DNA of 64,000 nucleotides from Prochlorococcus sp. AG-355-B18. Its GTDB lineage: Bacteria > Cyanobacteriota > Cyanobacteriia > PCC-6307 > Cyanobiaceae. The position numbers were made by a program, and so were the translations under genes. A model generated the notes under the pieces. It ran no database searches. It had not been told where the DNA came from and saw only the letters and a program-made list of their open reading frames with translations. Numbering within the stretch: the stretch's first letter is position 1; each line of letters begins with the position of its first letter. Where the stretch lies: NCBI GenBank assembly GCA_003280965.1, contig QCDI01000001.1, positions 210,391-274,390 of the forward strand. The letters run 5' to 3'. Positions 52,732 through 62,730 of the stretch are shown here, piece after piece.

Positions 52732-53580
52732 ATGAATAAAAATTCTAAAAAACCCATACCAGTACTAGTATCCGGAGCTTTAGGCAGAATGGGAAGCGAA
52801 GTTGTGAATACTGTATTAAATTCTACAGATTGTGAACTTGTTGCAGCAATCGATAAAAACGAAAAGAATAATGGCTCAAATATTTCTGAATTATTGAAGG
52901 TAAAAAATTGTGATGTTTTTGTTTCAAATGATTTTGAAGGAACTTTATGTTCTGTTAGTCAAAATTACAGAAATGCAAATATCAAACCTGTCCTCGTTGA
53001 TTTTACTCATCCTGATTCTGTATATGAAAATACTAGAGCATCTATCGCATATGGTGTATCTCCAGTTGTAGGAACTACAGGTCTAAGCCCTTCGCAAATA
53101 CAAGATTTGTCTGTTTTTGCTCAGAAAGCATCGGTAGGTTGTGCAATAATTCCTAATTTTTCTGTAGGTATGGTTCTTCTTCAGCAGGCGGCATCGGTAG
53201 CTGCAAGGTTTTATGACAATATTGAATTAATAGAGATGCATCACAATCAAAAAGCTGATTCACCTAGTGGGACGTGTATAAAAACTGCAGAAATGATTGA
53301 AGAATATCCAAAGAAATTTAATCAGAATTTAGTAAAAGAATCTGAGTCATTGAAAGGTGTACGGGGTGGGCTCAGAGATTCAGGAATTAATATACATTCA
53401 GTGCGATTACCAGGATTACTCGCTCATCAGTTAGTAATTATGGGTTCTCCAGGTGAAACTTACACAATTAAGCACGACACTATTGATAGAAAGGCATATA
53501 TGTCAGGAGTTTTGCAGGCTATTAAAAAAATCGGTAATTATGAAACTTTAGTTTACGGACTTGAAAAATTGATTTTTTAA
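52732..53580 (+). CDS. dapB: 4-hydroxy-tetrahydrodipicolinate reductase
   Basis: [26 protein letters not shown]. Confidence 0.97.
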   Translation: MNKNSKKPIPVLVSGALGRMGSEVVNTVLNSTDCELVAAIDKNEKNNGSNISELLKVKNCDVFVSNDFEGTLCSVSQNYRNANIKPVLVDFTHPDSVYENTRASIAYGVSPVVGTTGLSPSQIQDLSVFAQKASVGCAIIPNFSVGMVLLQQAASVAARFYDNIELIEMHHNQKADSPSGTCIKTAEMIEEYPKKFNQNLVKESESLKGVRGGLRDSGINIHSVRLPGLLAHQLVIMGSPGETYTIKHDTIDRKAYMSGVLQAIKKIGNYETLVYGLEKLIF

Positions 53581-53581
53581 A

Positions 53582-54223
53582 ATGTTAATTCCAATTAATT
53601 CAAGTCAAATTTCAAAACTTATTCCTGCAGTTGGTACAGGAAGTCAATTTAAGTACGCGTTAGGGAATCCGAGAAAAATTCTTCAAAGAGTAATAGTTTC
53701 TTCAGTTGGTGGATTTATCTCATTAATAATTAGTTCGACTGGAGATCAAACTAATAATTTCTGGTTATTCCTATGTGTAGGTTTCTTTTTGTATATCATC
53801 TGGGGCCCAATTCTTGAATCAAGTAGAAAAAATTTGCAATTAAGAAAATATAAATTTTTTTCTATATTTGATGGCTATGTATCAGATATCTATAAAACAG
53901 AAAAGATTGAAAGTTCAAGAGAACAATCTGATAGGCAAGGTCGATTAGAAGTTATCGAAAACAAAAGGACTTGGTTAGTACTTGAATTAGAAGATGAAGA
54001 TGGTTATTTGGGAAAATTAAGTTTTCCTATGGAAAATAAGCACAGTCAAATTAGGGTTGGTTCGAGTATTAGATGTTTAATATCTTCTGATAACCGTAAT
54101 TTTGATAGAGATTTTTATTTGACCGATGCTTGGCTTCCAAAAATTAATTTATGGGTTGGTGAGTACCCCTATTTATTAAGACCAGCATTTGAGGAAATTT
54201 GCTATATTTATTTGAATAGATAG
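53582..54223 (+). CDS. Hypothetical membrane protein
   Basis: 213 aa, directly downstream of dapB. Confidence 0.8.
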   Translation: MLIPINSSQISKLIPAVGTGSQFKYALGNPRKILQRVIVSSVGGFISLIISSTGDQTNNFWLFLCVGFFLYIIWGPILESSRKNLQLRKYKFFSIFDGYVSDIYKTEKIESSREQSDRQGRLEVIENKRTWLVLELEDEDGYLGKLSFPMENKHSQIRVGSSIRCLISSDNRNFDRDFYLTDAWLPKINLWVGEYPYLLRPAFEEICYIYLNR

Positions 54224-54242
54224 TTGAAGCCTATATAATCTG

Positions 54243-55397
54243 ATGAAAAATAAATTCAATTTTAAAATTGTTGGATCAGGTCCCACAGGTTTATTACTTT
54301 CAATTGCACTTTCAAAATTTGATTGCAATATTTTTTTAACTGATTTATTAACAAAAGATAGATTAATTGATAAAGATAAAACTTATGCAATTACTCACTC
54401 AACAAGAAAAATCTTATCTAAATTCAGAATTTGGGAAAAATTAGAACCATTTTTATTTGGCTTTGATACCCTTTCAATTTCAGATAGCGTTACTTCTGCT
54501 TTTACCAATTTATCAACTTCTGACTTAGATGATGATATAAGTTCTTCTGAAAATATTGGCTGGGTAGTTAAACATTCGGATCTCATGAAGGTATTTTTTC
54601 AAGAGCTTGATAATTATGAAAATATTTTTTTTATGAAACCACAGAGATTGTTACGTAAAAAAATATTATTTGATTATCAATTCTTTTCAACAGGAGCAAA
54701 CTCACTGGATAAAAAATGCTTAGATTTTGTTGATATAAAAAAATCCTACAGTCAGTCTTGTTTAACTTTTAAAGTTTCTCTTAGAGGTCATTGTGAAAAA
54801 CGTGCTTATGAAATTTTTAGAAAAGAAGGCCCACTTGCATTATTACCTTTAGAAAAAAATTTATATCAAGTAATTTGGACTTCCAGTACATCAAAGGCAA
54901 TTGAAAGGTTAAATTCTGACAAGAATTTTTTAATGGATAATTTATCAACAATCTTGCCAGATGAATTTAAGTTGGACCAAATTATTGGAGAATTTAATAT
55001 TTTTCCTGTTTCATTATCCTTAAATTTACCAGTTTTAAATTTTAAAAAAATAGTTTTTGTAGGAGATGCATTTCATACATTTCATCCTGTTGGTGGTCAG
55101 GGTCTAAATACTTGTTGGAGAGATGTTAATACTATTTATGATCTTTTTAATAAAAATAATGCTATTACTAAAATGCAATTGATGTTATTTAAATTTAAGT
55201 ATTTTTCAAGCAGGATTTTAGATATTATCGTCACTATTTTTATAACTGACTCATTGATATCAATTTTTTCTAATAGAAACGTTTTTTTATTTCCAATAAG
55301 GAAATTTTCATTTTTACTTTTAAATAAATTCTTTATTACAAGAAAATTAGTCCTAAATCAAATGACTAAATCCCTCATTTACTCAAGTATTAAATAG
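54243..55397 (+). CDS. FAD-dependent monooxygenase (UbiH-like)
   Basis: GSGPTG, GDAFHTFHPVGGQGLN. Confidence 0.9.
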   Translation: MKNKFNFKIVGSGPTGLLLSIALSKFDCNIFLTDLLTKDRLIDKDKTYAITHSTRKILSKFRIWEKLEPFLFGFDTLSISDSVTSAFTNLSTSDLDDDISSSENIGWVVKHSDLMKVFFQELDNYENIFFMKPQRLLRKKILFDYQFFSTGANSLDKKCLDFVDIKKSYSQSCLTFKVSLRGHCEKRAYEIFRKEGPLALLPLEKNLYQVIWTSSTSKAIERLNSDKNFLMDNLSTILPDEFKLDQIIGEFNIFPVSLSLNLPVLNFKKIVFVGDAFHTFHPVGGQGLNTCWRDVNTIYDLFNKNNAITKMQLMLFKFKYFSSRILDIIVTIFITDSLISIFSNRNVFLFPIRKFSFLLLNKFFITRKLVLNQMTKSLIYSSIK

Positions 55398-55402
55398 AAT
55401 TC

Positions 55403-55600
55403 ATGAATAATTTTGTATCTAGAGAAATGATAATTTATTTATTTGATGTATTGGGATTAGAAGAATCTACTATTGAACTAGGTATTAAATTATCTATAAA
55501 AAACAACACTCCACTACCAATATTATTATGGAGTTATGGAATGCTAACTATTGAAGAACTAGATAAGTTATATTCATTTTTATTTCAAAAAATGGATTAA
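55403..55600 (+). CDS. DUF2949 family protein
   Basis: PLPILLWSYGML. Confidence 0.85.
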   Translation: MNNFVSREMIIYLFDVLGLEESTIELGIKLSIKNNTPLPILLWSYGMLTIEELDKLYSFLFQKMD

Positions 55601-55639
55601 TAATTCTGTTATAATTTGTACATATTTTATTAAAGAACA

Positions 55640-56164
55640 ATTACAGGTTTAACTAGAGGAAATCAGGTATCAAGAAAATCTATAGAGAAGCTTGATTTAT
55701 TATTATTAATACTAGAAACCATTGACCTAAATGGTATCCAGTCCCTTTACGCCTTATCAAATAGACTCAATCTAAATAAAGTTTTACCAAATAAAGTGAC
55801 TATTTGGAAATTAAGGAATAATAATCCATTAAGAAAATCTTATGTTACTAACAATATTAAAATTAATGAATTCGATGCCTTAATAAGAATTACAGTTGAA
55901 ATGTCTAAATATTTATATCCTTATATCAGAGAGATACTAAAATCTAAAGAAGATATTGAAGAGAATTCAATTATTTGGAATGATTTTAATAAGAGATTTA
56001 TTGAGTTGATTAAAGAGAGATTTAATTTAGATAGTATCAGAGTGAAAAAGCTTTTAAATCAAGCTGAAAATGATGAGATTATCATAAAATCTTTGCTTAT
56101 TTTATCTTTTTGTATTTCAAATCAGGGTTGTCAAAAGTTGAAGAATTTTTTATACGATTTTTAA
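55640..56164 (+). CDS. DUF3038 family protein (probable non-canonical start)
   Basis: Frame open from 55634; EKLDLLLLILETIDLNG lies upstream of the first GTG. Confidence 0.75.
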   Translation: MTGLTRGNQVSRKSIEKLDLLLLILETIDLNGIQSLYALSNRLNLNKVLPNKVTIWKLRNNNPLRKSYVTNNIKINEFDALIRITVEMSKYLYPYIREILKSKEDIEENSIIWNDFNKRFIELIKERFNLDSIRVKKLLNQAENDEIIIKSLLILSFCISNQGCQKLKNFLYDF

Positions 56165-56168
56165 TATT

Positions 56169-56756
56169 ATGCAAAATAAATTGTCATTTCATCAATCTTC
56201 AGCAAGTCTCGAAATAACCGGATTGCCAGATTATTCCAATAATGAAAATAAAGATCAAATATCTATAATTTCTCAATGGAAATTAAGCATAGTTGATAAA
56301 CCACTTATTGAAGGCAAATTTGAACATTTAGGGCCTATTATGGATGCTTTTCATATTTATTCAAATCTTTTAATCAAAAACGAAATTCCAATATATGAGT
56401 CTAAATTAATCGATATAAAAGCCGATAATCTTCACATACATAATATTGTTCTCAAGAGCTCTAAACAAAATGTAAAGCCCTTAGTTTTAAAGATTGGTAA
56501 TTCATTGCTTTCAGATACCATAAATTGTTTTGATCAGTTAAACGAATCTCCAAAAGTAAGAATAAAAAAAACAGATATAACTACTAATATTCCTAAAAAA
56601 TTAAGATTTGGGTTAAATAAAAAAGTTAAATTTTTTAATTTATTTATTCCACCTTTTTTTGCTATTTGCTCTTTAATTCTATTTTCTTCTTCTTTTATTT
56701 ATTTTTATAGTCCTTTTGAAAATATAGAAAAAAAAGAACAAATAAAAGCAGAATAA
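56169..56756 (+). CDS. DUF4335 domain protein
   Basis: LEITGLPDYS...LKSSK...; C-terminal TM helix. Confidence 0.8.
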   Translation: MQNKLSFHQSSASLEITGLPDYSNNENKDQISIISQWKLSIVDKPLIEGKFEHLGPIMDAFHIYSNLLIKNEIPIYESKLIDIKADNLHIHNIVLKSSKQNVKPLVLKIGNSLLSDTINCFDQLNESPKVRIKKTDITTNIPKKLRFGLNKKVKFFNLFIPPFFAICSLILFSSSFIYFYSPFENIEKKEQIKAE

Positions 56757-56844
56757 ATACGCATTAGCATCTTAAATACAAACACGATAATATAGGTTAA
56801 TTTCTTTTCAGAGTAATTCAAATTTATTCATTGAGCTTCGATGT

Positions 56845-57213
56845 ATGGCAGATTTAAACATCCCAAATTTGAATATTAAATCTGATAAATATATTTTTAA
56901 AAAAAAGTTAAATTTAAGAAGAAAATCTAAAAAACGACTATTTACTGAATCTTTCTTTTTATTTATTTTTAGTGTTTTATTAGTTTATATAAATTATTTA
57001 ATTCCTAATAAAAAATTACTGCTACAAAACTTACCTACTACGATTAATAAATCTTTTTTATTATTTATTGATCTATTTTCATATCTCTATGAAATATTAT
57101 TGGTGATTTTTATATTTGCCTCTTCTTTTACAGGTCTGGTCTTAATGGTAGGTTCTTTTTATAGGTTATTTAGAATATCTAAGAGAAAGTCAAAACAAAT
57201 AAGTTATAAATAA
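56845..57213 (+). CDS. Hypothetical membrane protein
   Basis: 122 aa, two TM regions. Confidence 0.65.
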   Translation: MADLNIPNLNIKSDKYIFKKKLNLRRKSKKRLFTESFFLFIFSVLLVYINYLIPNKKLLLQNLPTTINKSFLLFIDLFSYLYEILLVIFIFASSFTGLVLMVGSFYRLFRISKRKSKQISYK

Positions 57214-57215
57214 TT

Positions 57216-57377
57216 TCAAATAGGTTGCATTAGGCCACCACTTCCTGAATCAGAATCATCATCATCGTTTTCTGTTTCTTCTCCAAATAATGCAAATATA
57301 CCAAGTAAAATAGATGAAATAATAATTGATAAGGGTAAAATTGATGTTTGGAGTCCGACGTCTATATATTCACCCAT
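57216..57377 (-). CDS. Small membrane protein with acidic tail (53 aa)
   Basis: Hand-translated ...FGEETENDDDDSDSGSGGLMQPI. Confidence 0.65.
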   Translation of the reverse strand: MGEYIDVGLQTSILPLSIIISSILLGIFALFGEETENDDDDSDSGSGGLMQPI

Positions 57378-57449
57378 AAAACAGAAAAATTTTTATAAAG
57401 CTAACCGAAATCAAACTGATTCGCGGATTTTAAATAATTTTTTAATAAT

Positions 57450-60400
57450 TTATTCTTTTTTCATAAGAAGTTCTTTATCGAAATTCTTTATTTCTTTTTC
57501 AAAAGATCCTAACCACAATATTAGTTGATCAATTTGATTTTGAATTTCAGTTGCTCCTAAACCCCTTATAGTGATTATTGAAAATTGTTCGCCTTCATTA
57601 AAATGAAATTTATTTTGAACACTACTTGTTAAAGAATTTTTTAGAATTTTAAAAGTAGAATTTTTTAATTTTGTTTCTATCAGGATGTTTGGCTTTTTGA
57701 GCTTGATCTTATTAAAACCACATTTTTTAGCCAGTAATTTTAGTCTCATTATCATAATTAAGGACTCAACAGGTTTGGGTAAGTTTCCATATCTATTCAC
57801 CCAGTCTGTAGCTAATTCAGTTAATTCATCATTATTTGAACATTCAGTAGCAGATTTGTAAGCCTCAAGCTTCTCTTCCCTGTTTAATATCCATGTTGCA
57901 GGTATAAATGCATTTATTGGTAGATCAATTTGAGTGTCGTTAACTTCAGGAATTTCTTGCCCACTGATTTCAGAAATAGCCTCATGGAGCATTTCTATAT
58001 ATAAGTCATATCCAATAGCATTAACCTTCCCACTTTGTTCTTCTCCTAGTAAGCTACCAACACCTCTTATTTCCATATCTTTCATGGCAAGTTGGTATCC
58101 ACTTCCTAGTTCTGAGAAATCTTTTATCGCTTTCAATCTTTGTTTTGCAGCGTCATTAATTTTATTTATATTTGGATAGAATAACCATGCGTGTGCTTGT
58201 ACACCACTTCTACCAACTCTTCCTCTAAGTTGATAAAGTTGTGAAAGTCCAAATTTGTGAGAATCTTCAATAATAATAGTATTTACTTTAGGGATGTCTA
58301 ATCCACTTTCAATTATCGTTGTGCATATCATTAGATCAACTTCTCCATTATTAAAAGCAATCATTGCGTTTTCAAGCTCTGTTTCGTTCATTTGCCCATG
58401 AGCAATAATAAATTTTAAGCTGGGAAACATATTTTTTAATTTGACTACAGCCTGATCGATATCTGCAATTCTTGGAAGAACATAAAAAATTTGCCCTCCC
58501 CTATCAAGTTCTTGATTAATTGCAGTTCTTATAACATCCATATCTATTTCAGATAAATATGTTTTTATCGATCTTCTTGATGGAGGAGGAGTATTTAATA
58601 AGCTCATTTGTCTAAGTCCAGATAAACTCATATAAAGAGTTCTTGGGATTGGAGTTGCCGAGAGCGTTAAAACGTCTATGTTTGTTTTGATTTTTTTAAT
58701 TTTCTCCTTTTGTCTTACTCCAAATCTTTGTTCTTCATCAATAACTAGTAATCCTAAGTTTTTAATTTCAATTTCTTTTCCTAAAATTTGGTGCGTTGCT
58801 ACAACTAAATCAATTTTGTTATTTTTTAACCCTGCATAGATTTCCTTTTTCTCATTAGCGGTTTTGAATCTATTGAGTAATGAAACTTTTATTGGGTAAG
58901 GTGAAAATCTATTATTTATTGTTCTCCAATGTTGCTGAGCTAGGATTGTTGTGGGTGCTAGTAATATTACCTGTTTGCCTGATGTAATAGCCTTGAAAAT
59001 AGTCCGAACAGCTACTTCTGTTTTGCCAAATCCTACATCTCCACAAACTAACCTGTCCATTGGCTTATCGCTTTCCATATCAGATTTTATTTCTTCTACA
59101 GCAGTAATTTGATCAGGTGTTGGGTGATAAGGGAATGATTCCTCTAATTCATCTTGCCAAGGACCATCTTCTGGGTATCTATGACCCTTTAATTTTTCTC
59201 TCTTTGCATAAAGTTTTAAAATATCGACAGCAACTTTTTTGATTTGTTTCTTATTTTTCTCTTTTATTCTTTCCCATTCTGTCCCTCCTAATTTATTTAT
59301 TTTTGGCTTTATTTTTCCGCTTGATCTATATCTGTTAACACTACCAAGTTGATCAGCGGCAACACTTATCTTCCCATCCTGATACTGAATAACTAAATAA
59401 TCTCTTGAATCTCCAGTTATATTTATTTTTTCTATTTTTAAAAATTTTCCTATTCCATGATTTTTATGAACTATAAAATCACCGGGACTAATTTTATTTA
59501 CATTTATATTTGAATTGACACTTCTTTTTTTTCTTCTTATGAATACATTATTAAAAAGAGATTGTTGTGAAAATAATTCTTTATCTGTTATCAAGACAAC
59601 CTTCCATATAGGAAGATAAAAACCCTCGATTTCATAATTATTTTTATTTTTTAAAATTAAAGGAGTTGAATTGTTAATTGACTTATATGCTGCATCAATA
59701 TCATTAGGATTGTTTAAGAAGTTTCCATTACATTCGTGTTCAAAAAGTAAAGTCCTAGTTCTTAATGGCTGTGCGGATAATATCCATACTTTTTCATTAT
59801 TTTTTATATTTTTATTTATATCATTGGATAATTTTCCTATATTTTTAGAGTATGAATTTAATCTTTTATCGTTTAATAAAAACCTATTATCAATATTGAC
59901 TTTAGATTCAAATTCATAAAATTTTATTAAATTAAAATTTCCTAGTGAATTTAATATTTCGTTAAACTTAAAATGCAAATTAGGTTTGGCCTCTAAATTA
60001 ATATCATTTTTTTTAAGGTTTTCATTTAATTCATACACACAATTATTAAAATTACTTTCTGAATCTAGATACCAATTATTCGCAAATTTTTTACAATCTT
60101 CTAATTCATCAATTACAAGAATTGTTTCCCTATTTATAAAATCTATTATATTTGACGGTTCTTTTTCAATTATTCCTAAATAACGATCGAGATTATTTTT
60201 ATTTGTATCATCTGAATTAAAAATACTGTTCTTAGATAAATTATTTAACTTATCTTTTATTAGCAAATCAAATCCAGCCTGTATTATTTCAATATTATTG
60301 ATACTTTCTAATGTTTTCTGTGTATTGGGATCATATTCTCTTATTTTTTCAATTACATTATCAAAAAATTCTAATCTTATAGGTAACTCATTATTGACAG

Positions 60401-60962
60401 GATATATATCTATTATTTCCCCTCTCCTACTCCATGATCCTTCTGTCGAGGTAACATTATCCTTCGTATAACCCAGCAAAGTAAGTTTATTTGCTAATTC
60501 TTGAATTTCGACTTGAACCCCTTTTTTCAAATCTAACTTGTTTTCAATTAATAAGTTTTTATTTATTAGATGAGGTTGTAGTGATCTCTCTGTTGTAATA
60601 ACAATATTATATTCACTTTTTTCTTTTTTTATCAATTTAGATAAAACAGTAAGCTGACTAAATTCAATCTCTTTGGATTTATTAATTGATGCGTATGGTA
60701 GATGTTCTGTTGGAGGATAATATAAAACTGCTTTATCATTTATACTTTCAAAATATCCAATCCATTTGTAGGCAATTTCTACATTAGGACAAATTAATAA
60801 TATATTTTTTTCCTCTTTTTTTGCGATGCTATCTATGATTATTGATTTTGCATATCTACTTGAACCAACAATATTTAATTCATTATTTTTTGAAATTCTT
60901 TTTATTAATTCAGAAGTAATTTGTGAGTTCGAAATATAATCAACTAAAGTATTTAAACTCAT
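57450..60962 (-). CDS. mfd: Transcription-repair coupling factor
   Basis: CGDVGFGKTE, DEEQRFG, SATPIPRT, QLRGRVGR. Confidence 0.98.
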   Translation of the reverse strand: MSLNTLVDYISNSQITSELIKRISKNNELNIVGSSRYAKSIIIDSIAKKEEKNILLICPNVEIAYKWIGYFESINDKAVLYYPPTEHLPYASINKSKEIEFSQLTVLSKLIKKEKSEYNIVITTERSLQPHLINKNLLIENKLDLKKGVQVEIQELANKLTLLGYTKDNVTSTEGSWSRRGEIIDIYPVNNELPIRLEFFDNVIEKIREYDPNTQKTLESINNIEIIQAGFDLLIKDKLNNLSKNSIFNSDDTNKNNLDRYLGIIEKEPSNIIDFINRETILVIDELEDCKKFANNWYLDSESNFNNCVYELNENLKKNDINLEAKPNLHFKFNEILNSLGNFNLIKFYEFESKVNIDNRFLLNDKRLNSYSKNIGKLSNDINKNIKNNEKVWILSAQPLRTRTLLFEHECNGNFLNNPNDIDAAYKSINNSTPLILKNKNNYEIEGFYLPIWKVVLITDKELFSQQSLFNNVFIRRKKRSVNSNINVNKISPGDFIVHKNHGIGKFLKIEKINITGDSRDYLVIQYQDGKISVAADQLGSVNRYRSSGKIKPKINKLGGTEWERIKEKNKKQIKKVAVDILKLYAKREKLKGHRYPEDGPWQDELEESFPYHPTPDQITAVEEIKSDMESDKPMDRLVCGDVGFGKTEVAVRTIFKAITSGKQVILLAPTTILAQQHWRTINNRFSPYPIKVSLLNRFKTANEKKEIYAGLKNNKIDLVVATHQILGKEIEIKNLGLLVIDEEQRFGVRQKEKIKKIKTNIDVLTLSATPIPRTLYMSLSGLRQMSLLNTPPPSRRSIKTYLSEIDMDVIRTAINQELDRGGQIFYVLPRIADIDQAVVKLKNMFPSLKFIIAHGQMNETELENAMIAFNNGEVDLMICTTIIESGLDIPKVNTIIIEDSHKFGLSQLYQLRGRVGRSGVQAHAWLFYPNINKINDAAKQRLKAIKDFSELGSGYQLAMKDMEIRGVGSLLGEEQSGKVNAIGYDLYIEMLHEAISEISGQEIPEVNDTQIDLPINAFIPATWILNREEKLEAYKSATECSNNDELTELATDWVNRYGNLPKPVESLIMIMRLKLLAKKCGFNKIKLKKPNILIETKLKNSTFKILKNSLTSSVQNKFHFNEGEQFSIITIRGLGATEIQNQIDQLILWLGSFEKEIKNFDKELLMKKE

Positions 60963-61033
60963 TTATAGCTTTCAATCTTGATTACAAATAACCGATCCAT
61001 TATATTAGATTTTATACTGATTGTGAATAATAT

Positions 61034-61747
61034 TTGATGGATTCAGTCGCAATAAATTCTTTTATACCCACACTAGATCAGATAGATAGTTGGTACGAAA
61101 TCATTACACTTTTACCAATATTAATTGTTCTAGAATTATTATTGTCGGCAGATAATGCTGTCGCATTAGCTTCTCTTACTAAATCCCTCGAAAATTCAGA
61201 ATTAAGATCAAGAGCCTTAAATATAGGTATAACGATATCTTTATTATTTAGAATTATTCTCATCATATTATCTAACGTTCTTCTAAAGTTTATTCTCATT
61301 AGAGTTTTTGCTGGTTTTTATTTAATATACTTATTTATCTCTAATGTTTTTTTTAATTCAGATGTAGAAAACATTGAAAATGGGACAGATAATAATAAAA
61401 ATAATCTTAGGTTCTTAAGGGTAGTAGCGCTTCTTTCAATAACTGATTTTGCATTTTCTATAGACAGCATCACTACTGCAGTAGCTATCAGTGATCAATA
61501 CATATTAATTATATTTGGAGCAGTGATTGGAGTATTAGCCTTAAGATTTACATCGGGGATTTTTCTAAAACTTTTGGATATATTTTCTAGATTAGAAACA
61601 GCCGGTTACGTAGCAATTTTAATCGTTGGAATTAAACTTTTACTAAATACGTTAATTAAAGAATCTATTCTTCCAGACTATTATTTTTATATTTTGATTA
61701 TTTTTGCTTTCATTTGGGGATTCTCTAAACAAGAATCTAAAACTTAA
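61034..61747 (+). CDS. TerC family integral membrane protein
   Basis: LSADNAV, DFAFSIDS. Confidence 0.9.
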   Translation: MMDSVAINSFIPTLDQIDSWYEIITLLPILIVLELLLSADNAVALASLTKSLENSELRSRALNIGITISLLFRIILIILSNVLLKFILIRVFAGFYLIYLFISNVFFNSDVENIENGTDNNKNNLRFLRVVALLSITDFAFSIDSITTAVAISDQYILIIFGAVIGVLALRFTSGIFLKLLDIFSRLETAGYVAILIVGIKLLLNTLIKESILPDYYFYILIIFAFIWGFSKQESKT

Positions 61748-62730
61748 TCTGAGAGATATTCACCTATTGATGGCTTTAACTGTTGTATTAATTGATTTTT
61801 GCTAGAAATGTTTTTGCCCTCAAGTTTTGCTTCTAACAAAATAATCGGATCAGTTTTAGTTGAAATTATTATTCCTTCATTTTCTATGACAGCAAGAATA
61901 ATACCTGGTCTTGAATTATTGCTCATGAAAAGGTAATTTTCATTTTTAATTACATCAATACTCAAGACTTTGATTTTAAGTATTTTTAGGTTCTTACTTC
62001 TAAAAGTTGTATTTGCTCGCGGGTATAATGCTTTTATTTTTTGAGAAATTTTAATTGCCTCATTACCCCAATCAACTTTAAAGTCTGATTTTTCAATCAT
62101 TCTTGCATATGTAATTTCTCTTCCAAGGGTATTTTGTTTTGTTAATTTAGAATTATTATTTTTATTAATATTTTCTTCGAGTAGTGACGTAGCATTTAAA
62201 AATAATTTTGCAGATAGAATACTAAGTTTTTCAGATAATGTATTTAAATTATCGTTATTATCGATTTTAAATTTTTCTTCCAATAATAAATCGCCAGTAT
62301 CTAGTCCCTCATTCATTTTCATAATTCCTACACCAGTAAATTCATCGCCTTTTATTAAGGACCATTGAATAGGGGCGGCACCACGCCATCTTGGAAGTAA
62401 TGAAGCATGTGCGTTCCAACAACCAAATTTTGGGATTTCCAATATCTCTTTGGGTAAAATTTTCCCGTAAGCTATAACAATAAATAAATCACAAGAAAGT
62501 GATTTAAGTTCATTTATAAAATCTATATTCCCCCTGATTTTTTCTGGAGTGTAAATTTTTATAGATTCTTTCTCAGCAATGCTTTTTACAGGTGAGGCTA
62601 TTAATTTATTTCCCCTAGATCTCTTCTTATCCGGTTGGCTAACTACTGCAATTACTTCGTGCTTAGATTTAATAAAAATATCAAGACTAGGAATTGAATA
62701 TTCAGGTGTTCCCCAGAATATAATTCTCAC
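61744..62730 (-). CDS. fmt: Methionyl-tRNA formyltransferase
   Basis: FWGTPEY, NAHASLLPRWRGAAPIQ, GLDTGD. Confidence 0.97.
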   Translation of the reverse strand: MRIIFWGTPEYSIPSLDIFIKSKHEVIAVVSQPDKKRSRGNKLIASPVKSIAEKESIKIYTPEKIRGNIDFINELKSLSCDLFIVIAYGKILPKEILEIPKFGCWNAHASLLPRWRGAAPIQWSLIKGDEFTGVGIMKMNEGLDTGDLLLEEKFKIDNNDNLNTLSEKLSILSAKLFLNATSLLEENINKNNNSKLTKQNTLGREITYARMIEKSDFKVDWGNEAIKISQKIKALYPRANTTFRSKNLKILKIKVLSIDVIKNENYLFMSNNSRPGIILAVIENEGIIISTKTDPIILLEAKLEGKNISSKNQLIQQLKPSIGEYLSD

